Below, one piece after another: positions 17,902-29,750 of a DNA stretch of 35,792 nucleotides. Below the pieces are notes generated by a model. It made no database searches. It was not told the DNA's origin and saw nothing but the letters and a program-made list of their open reading frames with translations. Numbering within the stretch: position 1 is the stretch's first letter; each line of letters begins with the position of its first letter. Made by a program: the position numbers and the translations under genes. The stretch spans positions 1 through 35,792 of the forward strand of contig DASSBX010000238.1 in the NCBI GenBank assembly GCA_035698305.1. Direction: 5' to 3'. The DNA comes from Miltoncostaeaceae bacterium (GTDB taxonomy: Bacteria > Actinomycetota > Thermoleophilia > Miltoncostaeales > Miltoncostaeaceae).

Positions 17902-18756
17902 TCATGCGCGACTCGGTCCGAACAGCGGTCCGGAGGGGGTGGTCCTGACCCGCAGCGCCGCCGGCGCGTAGGCGCCGGACTGGTGGGCGCCGAGGCGGCG
18001 GGACAGCCCGTTGGCGGCGGTCTTCACCAGCTCCGCCAGCTCCTGCACCCGCTCGGGCGTGATCCGGGTGACGGGCCCGCCGATGCCGAGGGCGGAGACG
18101 ACGCGGCCGGAGTGGTCGCGGACGCCGGCGCCGATGCAGCGCAGGCCCTCGTCGTACTCCTCGTCGTCGATCGCGTACCCCTGGATGCGGATCCGCTCCA
18201 GCTCGGCCTCCAGCTGTGCGAGGTCGGTGATGGTGTTGCGGGTGTAGGACGCCAGGCCGTGGGCGGCGACGATCTCCACCAGCCGCTCCCGCGGCAGGTC
18301 CGCGAGCAGCACCTTGCCGAGGTTGGTGGCGTGGGCGGGGTAGCCGCGGCCGATCGCCGACGGCACCCGCAGGGGCCGGCGGGCCTCGACCCGCTCGATG
18401 TAGATCGCCTCCCCGCCCTCCAGCACGGCGAGGTGGCCGGTCTCCCCCGTGTCCTGCACCAGCCCCTCCAGGAACGGCAGCGCCTCGTCCCACAGGTTCA
18501 TCCGCTGCATCACCAGGCCGCCCAGCTCGAAGATGTGGAGCCCCAGGCGGTAGCGGCCGCTGCGGGGGTTGCGCTCCACCAGGCCGGCGGCGTCGAGGTT
18601 GACCATGAAGCGGTGGACGGTCGACTTGTGCAGCCCCACCCGCTCGGCGATCTCGGTCACGCCGAGCTCGGGCTCGTCGGCGGTGAAGACGTTCAGGATC
18701 GCCACCGCCCGCTCGATCGCCTGGATGCGGTAGCGGGGGCTGACCGCCTGGGCCAC
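17902..18756 (-). CDS. IclR-family transcriptional regulator
   Basis: AIERAVAIL, LGVTEIAERVGLHKSTVHR, YRLG, TGET, HATNLGKVLLA, GYAIDDEE...LRCIG. GTG 18756 follows a GAGGAGGAGG RBS. Confidence 0.93.
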   Translation of the reverse strand: MAQAVSPRYRIQAIERAVAILNVFTADEPELGVTEIAERVGLHKSTVHRFMVNLDAAGLVERNPRSGRYRLGLHIFELGGLVMQRMNLWDEALPFLEGLVQDTGETGHLAVLEGGEAIYIERVEARRPLRVPSAIGRGYPAHATNLGKVLLADLPRERLVEIVAAHGLASYTRNTITDLAQLEAELERIRIQGYAIDDEEYDEGLRCIGAGVRDHSGRVVSALGIGGPVTRITPERVQELAELVKTAANGLSRRLGAHQSGAYAPAALRVRTTPSGPLFGPSRA

Positions 18757-18832
18757 CGCCGCCTCCTCCTCCTCAAGCTCGGCGGGGAGGGCGGACTCGA
18801 TGGGCTGTTCGGTGGTGGCCGTCGGAGCCTCC

Positions 18833-18953
18833 TGTCTCACATCGTGAAGCCGCGTTTCGTGACTGATGCGACGAACTGAGTCGTACCACCTCGCTTTCCA
18901 GACCGGCAAGGAGTCGGCGCACTTCGCGAACCCGCGTCCCGCACTATGAGACA
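18833..18953. promoter_or_regulatory. Two candidate IclR operator sites in the divergent iclR/crotonase intergenic region
   Basis: TGTCTCAC-ATC-GTGAAGC (18833-18850, +) and TGTCTCAT-AGT-GCGGGAC (18936-18953, -). Both are imperfect palindromes sharing TGTCTCA. Confidence 0.5.
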
Positions 18954-19043
18954 ACCGTTGCGGCGGTGGGTCCGGCGGGGGCCGCGGGGGTGGGGGTAGG
19001 ATCCGCTGCGGCCAGCCATTCCCGAGACCAGTGAAGGGGGCCC

Positions 19044-19853
19044 GTGCCCGAGTTCGAGGACGTTCTCTACGAGGTCGCCGGCGGTCGCGCGACGATCACG
19101 ATCAACCGCCCCGACCGGCTGAACGCGTTCCGCCGCCAGACGGTCCGGGAGCTGGCGGAGGCCTTCGAGGCGGCCGCCGACGACGAGGCGGTGGGCGTGA
19201 TCGTGTTCACCGGCGCCGGCGAGCGGGCGTTCTGCGTCGGCGGCGACGTGCGGGACCCGACGCGCACCGCCGCCGAGAAGCGCAACCTGCACCACCTCCA
19301 CGACCGGCTCGGGATGGCGATCCGCAACAATGGCAAGCCGATCATCCTGAAGGTCCGGGGTTACTGCATCGGCGGCGGCAACGAGTTGAACGTGCTGTGC
19401 GACCTCACCATCTCCGGGGAGTCCGGGAAGTTCGGCCAGGCGGGCCCGAAGATCGGGTCGGCGCCGCTGTGGTGGGGCTGCCAGCTGCTGCCGCTGACCG
19501 TCGGGGAGAAGAAGGCGCGGGAGATCCTCTACCTCACCCGCCAGTACACCGCGGAGGAGGCCCTCCAGATGGGGCTGATCAACGCGGTCGTCCCCGACGA
19601 CCAGCTGGACGCCGAGGTGGACCGCTGGTGCGAGCAGATCCTGCGCCGCTCCCCGCAGGGGCTGCGCCTCGCGAAGGTGGCGATGAACGCGTCCAGCGAC
19701 CAGCTGTACGGCGCCGTCCAGCACGGCCTGGAGCTGGTGGCGCTGAACCACGTGTACGGCCCGGAGCCCCAGGAGGGGATCGCCTCCTTCCAGGAGAAGC
19801 GGCCGGCCGACTGGCGCAAGTTCCGCGACGGCCAGGGGCCGGAGCCCGCCTGA
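19044..19853 (+). CDS. Crotonase-family enzyme, MenB/BadI-like (possible ring-opening beta-ketoacyl-CoA hydrolase)
   Basis: ITINRPDRLNAFR, AFCVGGD, GYCIGGGNEL, FGQAGPKIGS, VGEKKAREI, EGIASFQEKR. Confidence 0.85.
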   Translation: MPEFEDVLYEVAGGRATITINRPDRLNAFRRQTVRELAEAFEAAADDEAVGVIVFTGAGERAFCVGGDVRDPTRTAAEKRNLHHLHDRLGMAIRNNGKPIILKVRGYCIGGGNELNVLCDLTISGESGKFGQAGPKIGSAPLWWGCQLLPLTVGEKKAREILYLTRQYTAEEALQMGLINAVVPDDQLDAEVDRWCEQILRRSPQGLRLAKVAMNASSDQLYGAVQHGLELVALNHVYGPEPQEGIASFQEKRPADWRKFRDGQGPEPA

Positions 19854-21097
19854 TGGACGCGGCGCCGGACGCGGGGACGCTCGGGGCGCTGCGCCCCGCC
19901 CTGCGCGACGGGGTGGAGGCCGCCCTCGAGGGCCGGCGCCTCACCGACGCCCAGGCGCTGGCGCTCGCCGACGCCCGCGGCGCCGAGCACCCCGCCCTGT
20001 GGGCGGCGGCCGCCGCCCTGCGCGACCGTGGCCGCCCGCCGGTGGTCACCTACTCGCGCAAGGTGTTCATCCCGCTGACGAACCTCTGCCGGGACGTCTG
20101 CTCCTACTGCACGTTCGCGCACCTCGACACCGACGCCCGCGCCCACACGATGAGCCCGGACGAGGTCCTCCAGGTGGCGGAGGCCGGGCGGCGCCTCGGC
20201 TGCAAGGAGGCGCTGTTCACCCTCGGCGACCGTCCCGAGGCGCGGTTCGAGAGCCACCGCCGGGCGCTGCGGCGCTTCGGCCACGACAGCACCCAGTCGT
20301 ACCTGCGGGCCATGTGCCGGGCGGTGCTCGAGCAGACCGGCCTGCTGCCGCACCCGAACGCCGGGATCCTCGGCCGCCGGGAGCTGGAGGAGCTGCGGGA
20401 GGTGTCGGCCAGCCAGGGGATGATGCTCGAGTCGGTGTCGGAGCGGCTCTGCGGCCCCGGCGGCCCCCACGAGCACGCACCCGACAAGCGGCCGAAGACG
20501 CGGCTGGCGATGATCCGCCGCGCCGGGGAGCTGCGGATCCCGTTCACCTCCGGGATCCTGATCGGGATCGGCGAGACCGCCCGGGAACGGGTGGAGGCCC
20601 TGCTCGCGCTGCGCGACCTGCACGAGGCGCACGGCCACATCCAGGAGGTCATCGTGCAGAACTTCCGCGCCAAGCCGGACACGCCGATGGCGGCGTCCGG
20701 GGAGCCGGGCCTCGCCGAGCTGATGACCGCCTGCGCGCTCGCCCGCCTGGTGATGGGGCCGCGGATGTCGATCCAGGCGCCCCCGAACCTGTCCGCCGAC
20801 TACGGGCCGCTGCTGCTGGCGGGCATCAACGACTGGGGCGGGGTCTCCCCCCTCACCCCCGACTTCGTGAACCCGGAGGCCCCCTGGCCGGACATCACCC
20901 GCCTCGGGGAGCTCACCGCCGACGCCGGCTACGCCCTCCGCGAGCGGCTCACCGTCTACCCCGAGTACCTCGCCGACGACGACTGGGTCGACGCGGGCCT
21001 GCGCGCCCACGTGCGGGCCCTCGCCGACGACGACGGCCTGGCCCTGCCCGGGGGGCCCGCCCCGATGGCGGTGGCCGCCGCGGGGGTGACGGCGTGA
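19853..21097 (+). CDS. cofG: FO synthase subunit CofG (radical SAM)
   Basis: VTYSRKVFIPLTNLCRDVCSYCTF, GCKEALFTLGDRPE, LLPHPNAG, HIQEVIVQNFRAKPDT, QAPPNL, GINDWGGVSP, ERLTVYPEY. TGATG coupling to the crotonase. Confidence 0.95.
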   Translation: MDAAPDAGTLGALRPALRDGVEAALEGRRLTDAQALALADARGAEHPALWAAAAALRDRGRPPVVTYSRKVFIPLTNLCRDVCSYCTFAHLDTDARAHTMSPDEVLQVAEAGRRLGCKEALFTLGDRPEARFESHRRALRRFGHDSTQSYLRAMCRAVLEQTGLLPHPNAGILGRRELEELREVSASQGMMLESVSERLCGPGGPHEHAPDKRPKTRLAMIRRAGELRIPFTSGILIGIGETARERVEALLALRDLHEAHGHIQEVIVQNFRAKPDTPMAASGEPGLAELMTACALARLVMGPRMSIQAPPNLSADYGPLLLAGINDWGGVSPLTPDFVNPEAPWPDITRLGELTADAGYALRERLTVYPEYLADDDWVDAGLRAHVRALADDDGLALPGGPAPMAVAAAGVTA

Positions 21098-22927
21098 GCG
21101 TCACCTTCTGCCGCACCGTCCCCGCCGGGGCCGCCCCCGGCCGGGCGCGCGCCCGCGAGGCTGCCGGCTGGGACGACGCCGCCGTCGCCCAGGCCCTCGC
21201 CGACGGCCTGCTGCCCGTCGAGACGCAGCGGGCCGACGCCCCCGCCCTGGCGTGGGTCGTCCCCCCCGACGTCGCGATGGACCTCCTGAAGCGCGGCGTC
21301 GCCGGGTGGCGGATCACCGTCCGCCACACCCCCGACCGGTCCGCCACCCTCGACGCCCTCGTGCGCACCGGCGCCGCGTTCCTGCGGACCACCCCCCAGG
21401 GGCTGGACGAGGCGATCGAGCTCGGCTGGCTGCCGCAGATCGCGACCCGCGTGTCGGTGGAGGTCGACGCGGTCGAGGCCGCCCTCGACGCGATCGCCGC
21501 CGGCGCGGTTGACCTGGTGGTCGGCGACTGGGACGCCGACGCGGTCGGCCGCCTCCGCGACGCGATCGCCCCCCGGGCCCTCGTCGAGCGGACCGCCCTC
21601 CCCGTCGGCGCGGAGATCGACGCCGCCCGCGCCGACCTCGCCCGACCCCTGTTCACCGCCTGGCTCGCCCAGACCGACGGCTCGGGCGCCAGCCGCCCGC
21701 GCTACACGTGGGCCCCCGGCCGCGACGAGGCGCCGCCGGTGCCCGCCCGCCGCCTGTCGGCGGAGTGGGACGACGACGCCTGGCGGGAGGCGTCCGCGGA
21801 GGAGGGCCTCGCCCGCCTCGACCCCGACCTCGCGGGGATCCTGGAGCGCAGCCTCGCCGACGCGCCGCCGCGGGTGGCGGAGATCGAGCGGCTGTTCCGG
21901 GCCCGCGGCCACGAGGTGGAGGCCGTCGCGAAGGTGGCGGACACGCTGCGGCGGCGTCGCAGGGGCGACGTCGTCACCTACGTCGTCAACCGCAACATCA
22001 ACTACACCAACCAGTGCTACTTCCGGTGCGGCTTCTGCGGGTTCAGCCGCGGCCCGAAGAGCATGAACCTGCGCGGCGACCCGTACATCCTGAACGTCCA
22101 CGAGGTGGTGCACCGCAGCGTGGAGGCGTGGGAGCGGGGGGCGACGGAGGTGTGCCTGCAGGGCGGCATCCACCCCGACTTCACCGGCGACTTCTACGCC
22201 GGGGTGCTCGAGGCGATCAAGCAGCGCCTGCCGGAGATGCACGTCCACGGCTTCACGCCGCTGGAGGTGTGGCAGGGCGCCCGCACCCTCGGGGTCAGCG
22301 TGCGGGAGTTCCTCACCCGCCTCCGCGACGCCGGCCTGGGGACGCTGCCGGGGACGGCGGCGGAGATCCTCGACGACCGCGTCCGCGAGCACCTGTGCCC
22401 CGACAAGGTCCGCACAGCCGAGTGGGCGGAGGTGATGATCACCGCCCACGAGCTCGGCCTGCGCGCGACGACGACGATGATGATGGGCCACATCGACGGG
22501 CCCCGCTCGTGGGCGAACCACCTGGAGGTGCTGCGGCAGATCCAGCGGCGCACCGGCGGGTTCACCGAGTTCGTGCCGCTGCCGTTCGTGCACATGGGGT
22601 CCCCCATCTTCCTGCAGGGCAAGGCCCGCCCCGGCCCCACCTGGGACGAGGTGGTGCTGGTCCACGCGGTGGGGCGGATCGCCCTCGACGGCCTGATCGA
22701 CAACATCCAGGCGTCGTGGGTGAAGCTCGGCCTCGACGGCGGGCAGCGGCTGCTGGAGGCCGGCTGCAACGACTTCGGCGGGACGCTGATGGACGAGAAC
22801 ATCAGCCGCGCCTCGGGGGCCGCCCACGGCCAGCTCGCCACCCCGGAGGAGCTGGAGGCGGCGATCCGCGGCGCCGGGCGGGTCCCCGCCCGGCGCAACA
22901 CGGTCTACGACCTGATCGAGGAGCCCG

Positions 22928-22935
<8 letters not shown>
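21094..22935 (+). CDS. cofH: FO synthase subunit CofH with a long N-terminal extension resembling a degenerate CofG domain
   Basis: VTYVVNRNINYTNQCYFRCGFCGF, GATEVCLQGGIHP, LPGTAAEIL, GGFTEFVPLPFVH, NIQASWVKLG, NDFGGTLMDENISRASGA. GTGA overlap with cofG. Confidence 0.93.
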
Positions 22936-24394
<1,459 letters not shown>

Positions 24395-24474
24395 CGTCCT
24401 CCTCAGGTGCATGGGGGGTCGCGGCGGAGCATCCAGCCTAGCCCGTGGGCCGCGGCGGGCCACCATCCGCCGGA

Positions 24475-25212
24475 TCAAGTGCGGAACAGGTCATGCTCCG
24501 GGGCGCGCACCAGCTCCTGCGCCGACCCGGGCGCCCACGGGGTCTCCACCCCCGACGCGACGACCGCCGGGGTGCCGGATCCCTTGCCGAGGTAGACGCC
24601 GGCGGCGGCGGCGAGCTCGTCGGCGATGCCCTGGTCGGTGGCGACGAGCACCCGGCCGGTGCGGTCCCGCTCGCCGCGGTGGTCGACCACCGCCCGGAAC
24701 CCCGCCACCCCGATCGCCACATTCACCAGCCCCCGTCGGAACGCCCGCCCGTGGGTGTCGGTCACCACCACCCCCACCCGGCCGCCGACGGCGGCGGCGA
24801 CGGCCGCCTGGAGGCGGCGGGCGGAGGCGTCCGGGTCGACCGGCAGCAGCACCACCGACCCCTCCGCCACGTTCGACTGGTCGATCCCGGCGTTCGCGCA
24901 GACGAACCCGTGGTGGGTCTCGCAGATCACCGTCCCCCCGCGGCGGCGGACGATCCGGCGGCTCTCGGCGAGGATCAGCTCGCACAGCTCCGGGCGTTTG
25001 CCGGTCTCCTCGGCGAGGGCCCGGGCGGCGGGCCCCGGGTCGACGGCGGCGAGGGCCACCACGCGCCCCTCCGCCTTGCTGACCACCTTCTGGGCGACCA
25101 TCAGGACGTCGCCGGGGGCGACGCCCTCGGCGGCGGCGCGGGCGGCGAGCATCCCCGCCAGGTCGTCGCCAGGGTGGACCTCCGGCAGCGCCGACAGGGG
25201 CCAGAGCCTCAG
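24475..25212 (-). CDS. cofE: Coenzyme F420-0:L-glutamate ligase (single-domain CofE); start uncertain, probably CTG 25212
   Basis: LPEVHPGDDLA, QKVVSKAEGR, GFVCANAGIDQSN, LLPVDPDASA, DTHGRAFRRG, ADELAAAA, DLFR. No C-terminal nitroreductase domain. Confidence 0.93.
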   Translation of the reverse strand: MRLWPLSALPEVHPGDDLAGMLAARAAAEGVAPGDVLMVAQKVVSKAEGRVVALAAVDPGPAARALAEETGKRPELCELILAESRRIVRRRGGTVICETHHGFVCANAGIDQSNVAEGSVVLLPVDPDASARRLQAAVAAAVGGRVGVVVTDTHGRAFRRGLVNVAIGVAGFRAVVDHRGERDRTGRVLVATDQGIADELAAAAGVYLGKGSGTPAVVASGVETPWAPGSAQELVRAPEHDLFRT

Positions 25213-25901
25213 CGGGCGCTCCCGGCCGGGGTCCCGGCGGCGAGGAGGGCGGCGATGTCGAGGCGGGCGCACGCGGCGAGGGTGGCGCCGCCGCCGCCGC
25301 GGGCCATCAGCTCCACCAGGTCGCGGGGGGTGTCGATGTCGAGCGCCAGGCGCGGCCGCTCGACGCGGGTGGTGGGGATACCGCGGCGGGCCGCTTGGGC
25401 GAGGTGGCGGGCGAGGCTGTCGATCCCGAGGCGGGGGGTGAGCGCCGCCGGGGGCCGCAGGAGCATCGCGTTGGTGCCGGTCCCGTCCCAGGAGGGGGCG
25501 AGCGTCGCCGACGGACCCGGCGGGGCGGCCCGCACGACGGCGTCGACGTCATCCCGGCCGGCGAGGGGCAGGTCGGCGGTGAGGATGAGCGCCCCGTCGG
25601 CGCCGGAGGCGGCGACGGCCTCCAGCCCCCGCACGACGGCGGCGTTCATCCCCCGCGGCGGCCGGTGGTCGGGGACGACCCGGGCGCCGGCGATCGCCTC
25701 CGCCATCTCCCGCGCCTCCGGGTCGGAGGTCACCACCAGCGCCCCGGCGAGGGTGCGGGCGGCGGCGATCGCGGTGAGGACGTCGGTGAGCATCGCCACC
25801 TGCAGCTCCCGGCGGACGGGGGCGTCCAACGCCGGGGTGAGGCGCCGCAGCGCCCCCCGCAGGGGCTTCACCGGGACCACCGCCCACACCCCGCCGCTCA
25901 C
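25209..25901 (-). CDS. cofC: 2-phospho-L-lactate/PEP guanylyltransferase
   Basis: WAVVPVK, AMLTDVL, GMNAAV, ADLPL, GTGTNAM, DSLARH, LDIDTPRDL. GTGA overlap with cofD. Confidence 0.9.
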   Translation of the reverse strand: MSGGVWAVVPVKPLRGALRRLTPALDAPVRRELQVAMLTDVLTAIAAARTLAGALVVTSDPEAREMAEAIAGARVVPDHRPPRGMNAAVVRGLEAVAASGADGALILTADLPLAGRDDVDAVVRAAPPGPSATLAPSWDGTGTNAMLLRPPAALTPRLGIDSLARHLAQAARRGIPTTRVERPRLALDIDTPRDLVELMARGGGGATLAACARLDIAALLAAGTPAGSAR

Positions 25902-26821
25902 GGGACCGCCTCCAGGGTGGTCCGGGCGAGGCGGGCGCGGGCCGCCCGGTCCGGCATGAGGGCGTCGGTGAGGACGGCCCGCACCCCGAGGGCCTCGATC
26001 GCCGGCACCTCCCCGGCGTCGGCGTCGTCGAGGACGAAGGTGGCGGCGACGTCGGCGTAGATGCGGGCCATCTGGGTGGCGGAGCACTCGGGGAACCCGG
26101 CGCCGCGCAGGAACCGGTCGGCGGGGCCCTCCACCGGCCGGCCCCCGATGATCGGGCTGACGGCGACGGTGTCGGCGCGGCGGGCGCGCACCGCGTCACG
26201 CACCCCCGGCACCGCCAGGATCGTCCCGATCGACACGACGGGGCTGGAGGGGACGATCACGATCCGCTCCGCCGCGGCGACCGCCTCCAGCAGCCCGGCG
26301 GCGGGGCGGGCCGACTCGATCCCCTCCATCCGGATGGAGGTGATCTCGGCGGAGGCGCCGTCGCGGACGAGGTACTCCTGGAACGTGCGGGGGCCGTCGG
26401 GGGTGGTGATGCGGCTGCGGACGGGGTCGTCGGTCATCGGCAGCACCAGCGCCTCCACCCCCAGGCTGGCGCAGATCTCCGCGGTCACCTGGGTGAGGGT
26501 GGCGCCCTCGGCGAGGCGGAGGGTGCGGTGGATGTGGGTGGCGAGGTCCCGGTCGCCGAGGCCGAACCAGGCGTCGCGGCCGTAGGTGGCGAGCCCCTCC
26601 AGGCACCGGAACGTGTCGCCGGCGTACCCCCAGCCCCGCTCCGCCACCACCCCGGCGAGGACGTAGGTGCAGATGTCGAGGTCGGGGCAGACGCGCAGCC
26701 CGAAGAAGTCGCCGTCGTCGCCGGTGTTGACCACCGCGGTGAGGGCGGGCTGGCCGGCCACCTGCGCCAGGCCGTCCACCATCTTGGAGCCCCCGGTACC
26801 GCCGGAGAGGGCCAGGATCAC
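25898..26821 (-). CDS. cofD: LPPG:FO 2-phospho-L-lactate transferase
   Basis: LSGGTGGSK, VNTGDD, VCPDLD, WFGLGDRDLATHIHRT, LPMTDD, FQEY, PSSPVVSIGTIL, VSPIIGG..VEGPA. Confidence 0.95.
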   Translation of the reverse strand: MILALSGGTGGSKMVDGLAQVAGQPALTAVVNTGDDGDFFGLRVCPDLDICTYVLAGVVAERGWGYAGDTFRCLEGLATYGRDAWFGLGDRDLATHIHRTLRLAEGATLTQVTAEICASLGVEALVLPMTDDPVRSRITTPDGPRTFQEYLVRDGASAEITSIRMEGIESARPAAGLLEAVAAAERIVIVPSSPVVSIGTILAVPGVRDAVRARRADTVAVSPIIGGRPVEGPADRFLRGAGFPECSATQMARIYADVAATFVLDDADAGEVPAIEALGVRAVLTDALMPDRAARARLARTTLEAVP

Positions 26822-26846
26822 GGACGGCGGGCGGGCGGCGGTGGGC

Positions 26847-27746
26847 TCACGGCGGTGTCGGCGAGTCTACCAACCGGCCCCGCGCCGCCGCCGCGCGGCC
26901 GAGCACGAGCCACAGGCCGGCGGACACCCCCGCCATCCCCGCCAGCAGCTGGGCGGTCGGCGTCTCACCCAGCAGCGGCCAGGCGGTGAGGACCCCCACC
27001 ACCGGCACCAGGAAGAACCAGGCGGACACCTCCGCGGCGGGGGCCTGCATGAGGGCGATGTAGAAGAGGGCGAGCGGCAGCGCCGACCCGACGGTGGCGA
27101 GCAGCACGATCAGCGCGACCTCCCGGACGCCGGTCGCGTCGGGGGGCCCCTCCCCCGCGATCCCGGCGACGGCGAGGACGATCCCGCCGACGGTCATCTG
27201 CCAGCCGGCGAGGGCGAGCGGCTCCGCCCGGCCCCGCACCCCGCGGGTGGCGACGACGGTGCCGATGCTCCACGCCAGCGCCCCCCCGATGACGACGACG
27301 GCGCCGGTGGAGAGCGCCGGCGGCCACAGCGGCCCGTCCCACACCACCACCGCCGCCCCCACCAGCCCCACCAGCAGCCCCGTCCACTGGCGGCCCGTCA
27401 GCGTCTCCCCCAGGAACGCCGCGGCGAGCACCGCGACGAACAGGGGGTCGGTGTTGGCGAGCACCGCCGGCAGCCCCGCCCCCTCCTGCTGGATCCCCCA
27501 GAACACCGCGCCGTAGAACACCGTCGTCTGGGTGAGGGCGAGCCACCCCAGCGTCGCCGGCCCCACCCCCGGCCGCAGCGGCCGGCCCAGCGCCGCCAGC
27601 AGCCCGAGCAGCAGCACCCCGGCGAGGGTCAGGCGGGCGCCGGCGGCGGTGATCGGCGGCCACGTCTCCACCAGCCACGCCGACGGGACGTAGGCGATGC
27701 CCCACGCCAGCATCGCGGTGATGCCGAGTGCGTCGGCGGTCCTCAC
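26847..27746 (-). CDS. EamA/DMT-family transporter
   Basis: About 10 TM segments; WG..Y, AVLANTDPLFVAVLA..FLGE, LVPVVGV...LLGE. GTGA overlap with the TRAP permease stop. Confidence 0.88.
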   Translation of the reverse strand: MRTADALGITAMLAWGIAYVPSAWLVETWPPITAAGARLTLAGVLLLGLLAALGRPLRPGVGPATLGWLALTQTTVFYGAVFWGIQQEGAGLPAVLANTDPLFVAVLAAAFLGETLTGRQWTGLLVGLVGAAVVVWDGPLWPPALSTGAVVVIGGALAWSIGTVVATRGVRGRAEPLALAGWQMTVGGIVLAVAGIAGEGPPDATGVREVALIVLLATVGSALPLALFYIALMQAPAAEVSAWFFLVPVVGVLTAWPLLGETPTAQLLAGMAGVSAGLWLVLGRAAAARGRLVDSPTPP

Positions 27747-29716
27747 TCGACGAGGTGGGTGAGCGCCAGCACCACCTCGCTCGGCAGGTACGTCACCAGG
27801 AACAGCACCACCAGGCTCACCGCCAGCCAGGGGAGGATCATGATCGACAATCGCTCGATCGAGACCTTCGCGATGCTCGACACCAGGAACAGCACCAGCC
27901 CCACCGGCGGGTGGATCAGGGCCAGCACCAGGTTGAACACCATGATCAGCCCGAAGTGGACCGGGTCGATCCCGTAGGACGCGGCGATGGGGGCCATGAA
28001 CGGCGCGAGGATGTACAGCGCCGGCAGCGGCTCGATGAAGATCCCGACGGCCAGCAGGATCAGGTTGACGACCAGCAGGAAGACGTAGCGGTTGTCGGTG
28101 ATCCCCGTGAAGAAGTCCGACAGCGTCTGGCCGAAGCGGTCGAGGAACAGCGCCTTCGCGAGGATCGCCGAGTCCCCCAGCAGCAGCATCACGATCCCCG
28201 CCTCGATGCCGGCGAGGATCATCGCCCGCGGCAGCTCCATCGGGGACATCGACGCGAACCAGAAGAGGGCGAGGCCGATCGCCACCACCGCCGCCACCGA
28301 CGCCGACTCGGTGGGGGTGTAGACGCCGCTGAAGATGCCGCCGAGGATGATCACCGGGATCGCCAGCACCGGCAGGGCCGCCCACCCGGTGCGGGCGACC
28401 GTCGCCATCCCCGCGAACGGCCGCTTCACCAGGAAGTCCATCTTGCGGACGACGACGTAGACGGTGGCCGCCTGGAACAGCAGCAGCAGGATCTCCGCCA
28501 TCAGGCCCGACAGCAGCAGCTGGGAGATGGAGGCGCTGCCGATCAGGGAGCCGTAGACGATGAACATGATCGAGATCGGCCCGATCGGCCCCTTGATCGA
28601 CGCCCCCGCCACGACGGCGGCGGCGACGTCGCGGCGGTAGCCCTCCCGCTCCATCGCCGGCACCAGCAGCGGGGTCATGATCGCGGCGTCCGCCTGGGCC
28701 GACCCGGAGATGCCGGACACGATCGCGGAGGTGATCTGGCAGACGTACGCCATCCCGCCGCGCAGGTGGCCGACGACGGCCGCCGCGAAGGCGATCAGCC
28801 GCAGCGACATGCCGCTGGCGTTCATCACCTCGGCGGTGACGAGGAACATCAGGATCACCAGCAGCTCGCCGCCGCCGGTGAGGCCCATCACCGACTGGGT
28901 GGTGGAGAACGGCACCAGCGGGTCGTCGCGGGGGTAGAACTGCAGCCCGAGGAAGCTCGGCAGGAACGCGATGATCCCGACGATCGACAGCATGAACACG
29001 ATCGGGGTCCCCGCCAGGGTGAGCGCGACGAAGATCACCCCCAGGCCGATCAGCTCGGCCGCCCCCGCCGCCAGCAGCCCCGCCACCACCCCCCAGACGG
29101 CCACCCCGATCAGGACGCCGCCGACGAGGGCGACCGCCGCATCGCGCAGCCCCACCCGGCCGCGGGCGAACAGGCGGGTCGCCCCCTCCAGCACCGCCGT
29201 CAGGTAGTGGAGGGTGATGAAGTAGTAGCCGACGGTCATCGACACCACCGGGTAGAACCAGGACACCTCGAGCGCCGGGGAGGAGCCGGTGGTGGCGAAC
29301 TGGCCGGTGGTGTACTCGGTGGAGCGCACGCAGGCGTAGAGCAGCAGGATCCCCAGGCTCACCCCCGAGAAGGTGCGCACCGCCCCCCGCCACCAGGTGG
29401 GGCCGGCGTCGGCGACGAAGGTGATGACGGTGACGGCGCCGCGCTTCACCGCCAGCGACACCCCCAGCCAGATCGCCCAGAGGAACGCGAAGCGGGCGAG
29501 CTCCTCCGACCCGAACAGGGAGTAGCCGAGGACGTTGCGGGTGAAGACGTTCCCCGCCAGCGACAGGATCGCGATGGTCACCGCGATGACGGTGCCGACG
29601 CGGGCGATCCCCGCCGCCGCCTCCGAGTAGACCGCCGCCCAGCGGGCGAGGCTCCCGACCGCCCGGGGCGCCCCGCCGGCGTGCGGCCGCGGCTGCCCCT
29701 CGACGATCGTGCTCAC
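27743..29716 (-). CDS. dctM: TRAP transporter fused small and large permease (DctQ-DctM)
   Basis: N-terminal DctQ (NVFTRNV..SEELARF..W). C-terminal DctM (SGISGSAQAD, PISIMFIVYG, GVYTPTESA, GIDPVHFG, HPPVGLVLF). Confidence 0.92.
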   Translation of the reverse strand: MSTIVEGQPRPHAGGAPRAVGSLARWAAVYSEAAAGIARVGTVIAVTIAILSLAGNVFTRNVLGYSLFGSEELARFAFLWAIWLGVSLAVKRGAVTVITFVADAGPTWWRGAVRTFSGVSLGILLLYACVRSTEYTTGQFATTGSSPALEVSWFYPVVSMTVGYYFITLHYLTAVLEGATRLFARGRVGLRDAAVALVGGVLIGVAVWGVVAGLLAAGAAELIGLGVIFVALTLAGTPIVFMLSIVGIIAFLPSFLGLQFYPRDDPLVPFSTTQSVMGLTGGGELLVILMFLVTAEVMNASGMSLRLIAFAAAVVGHLRGGMAYVCQITSAIVSGISGSAQADAAIMTPLLVPAMEREGYRRDVAAAVVAGASIKGPIGPISIMFIVYGSLIGSASISQLLLSGLMAEILLLLFQAATVYVVVRKMDFLVKRPFAGMATVARTGWAALPVLAIPVIILGGIFSGVYTPTESASVAAVVAIGLALFWFASMSPMELPRAMILAGIEAGIVMLLLGDSAILAKALFLDRFGQTLSDFFTGITDNRYVFLLVVNLILLAVGIFIEPLPALYILAPFMAPIAASYGIDPVHFGLIMVFNLVLALIHPPVGLVLFLVSSIAKVSIERLSIMILPWLAVSLVVLFLVTYLPSEVVLALTHLVE

Positions 29717-29750
29717 GGCGTGTCCCCCACGGAGCCCCTCCGACAGCGGC

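Noticed and set aside
19044-19853. menB (menaquinone biosynthesis)
   Set aside because: It lacks the GSFD motif and the long substrate loop after the GGD motif, and no other men genes are adjacent.
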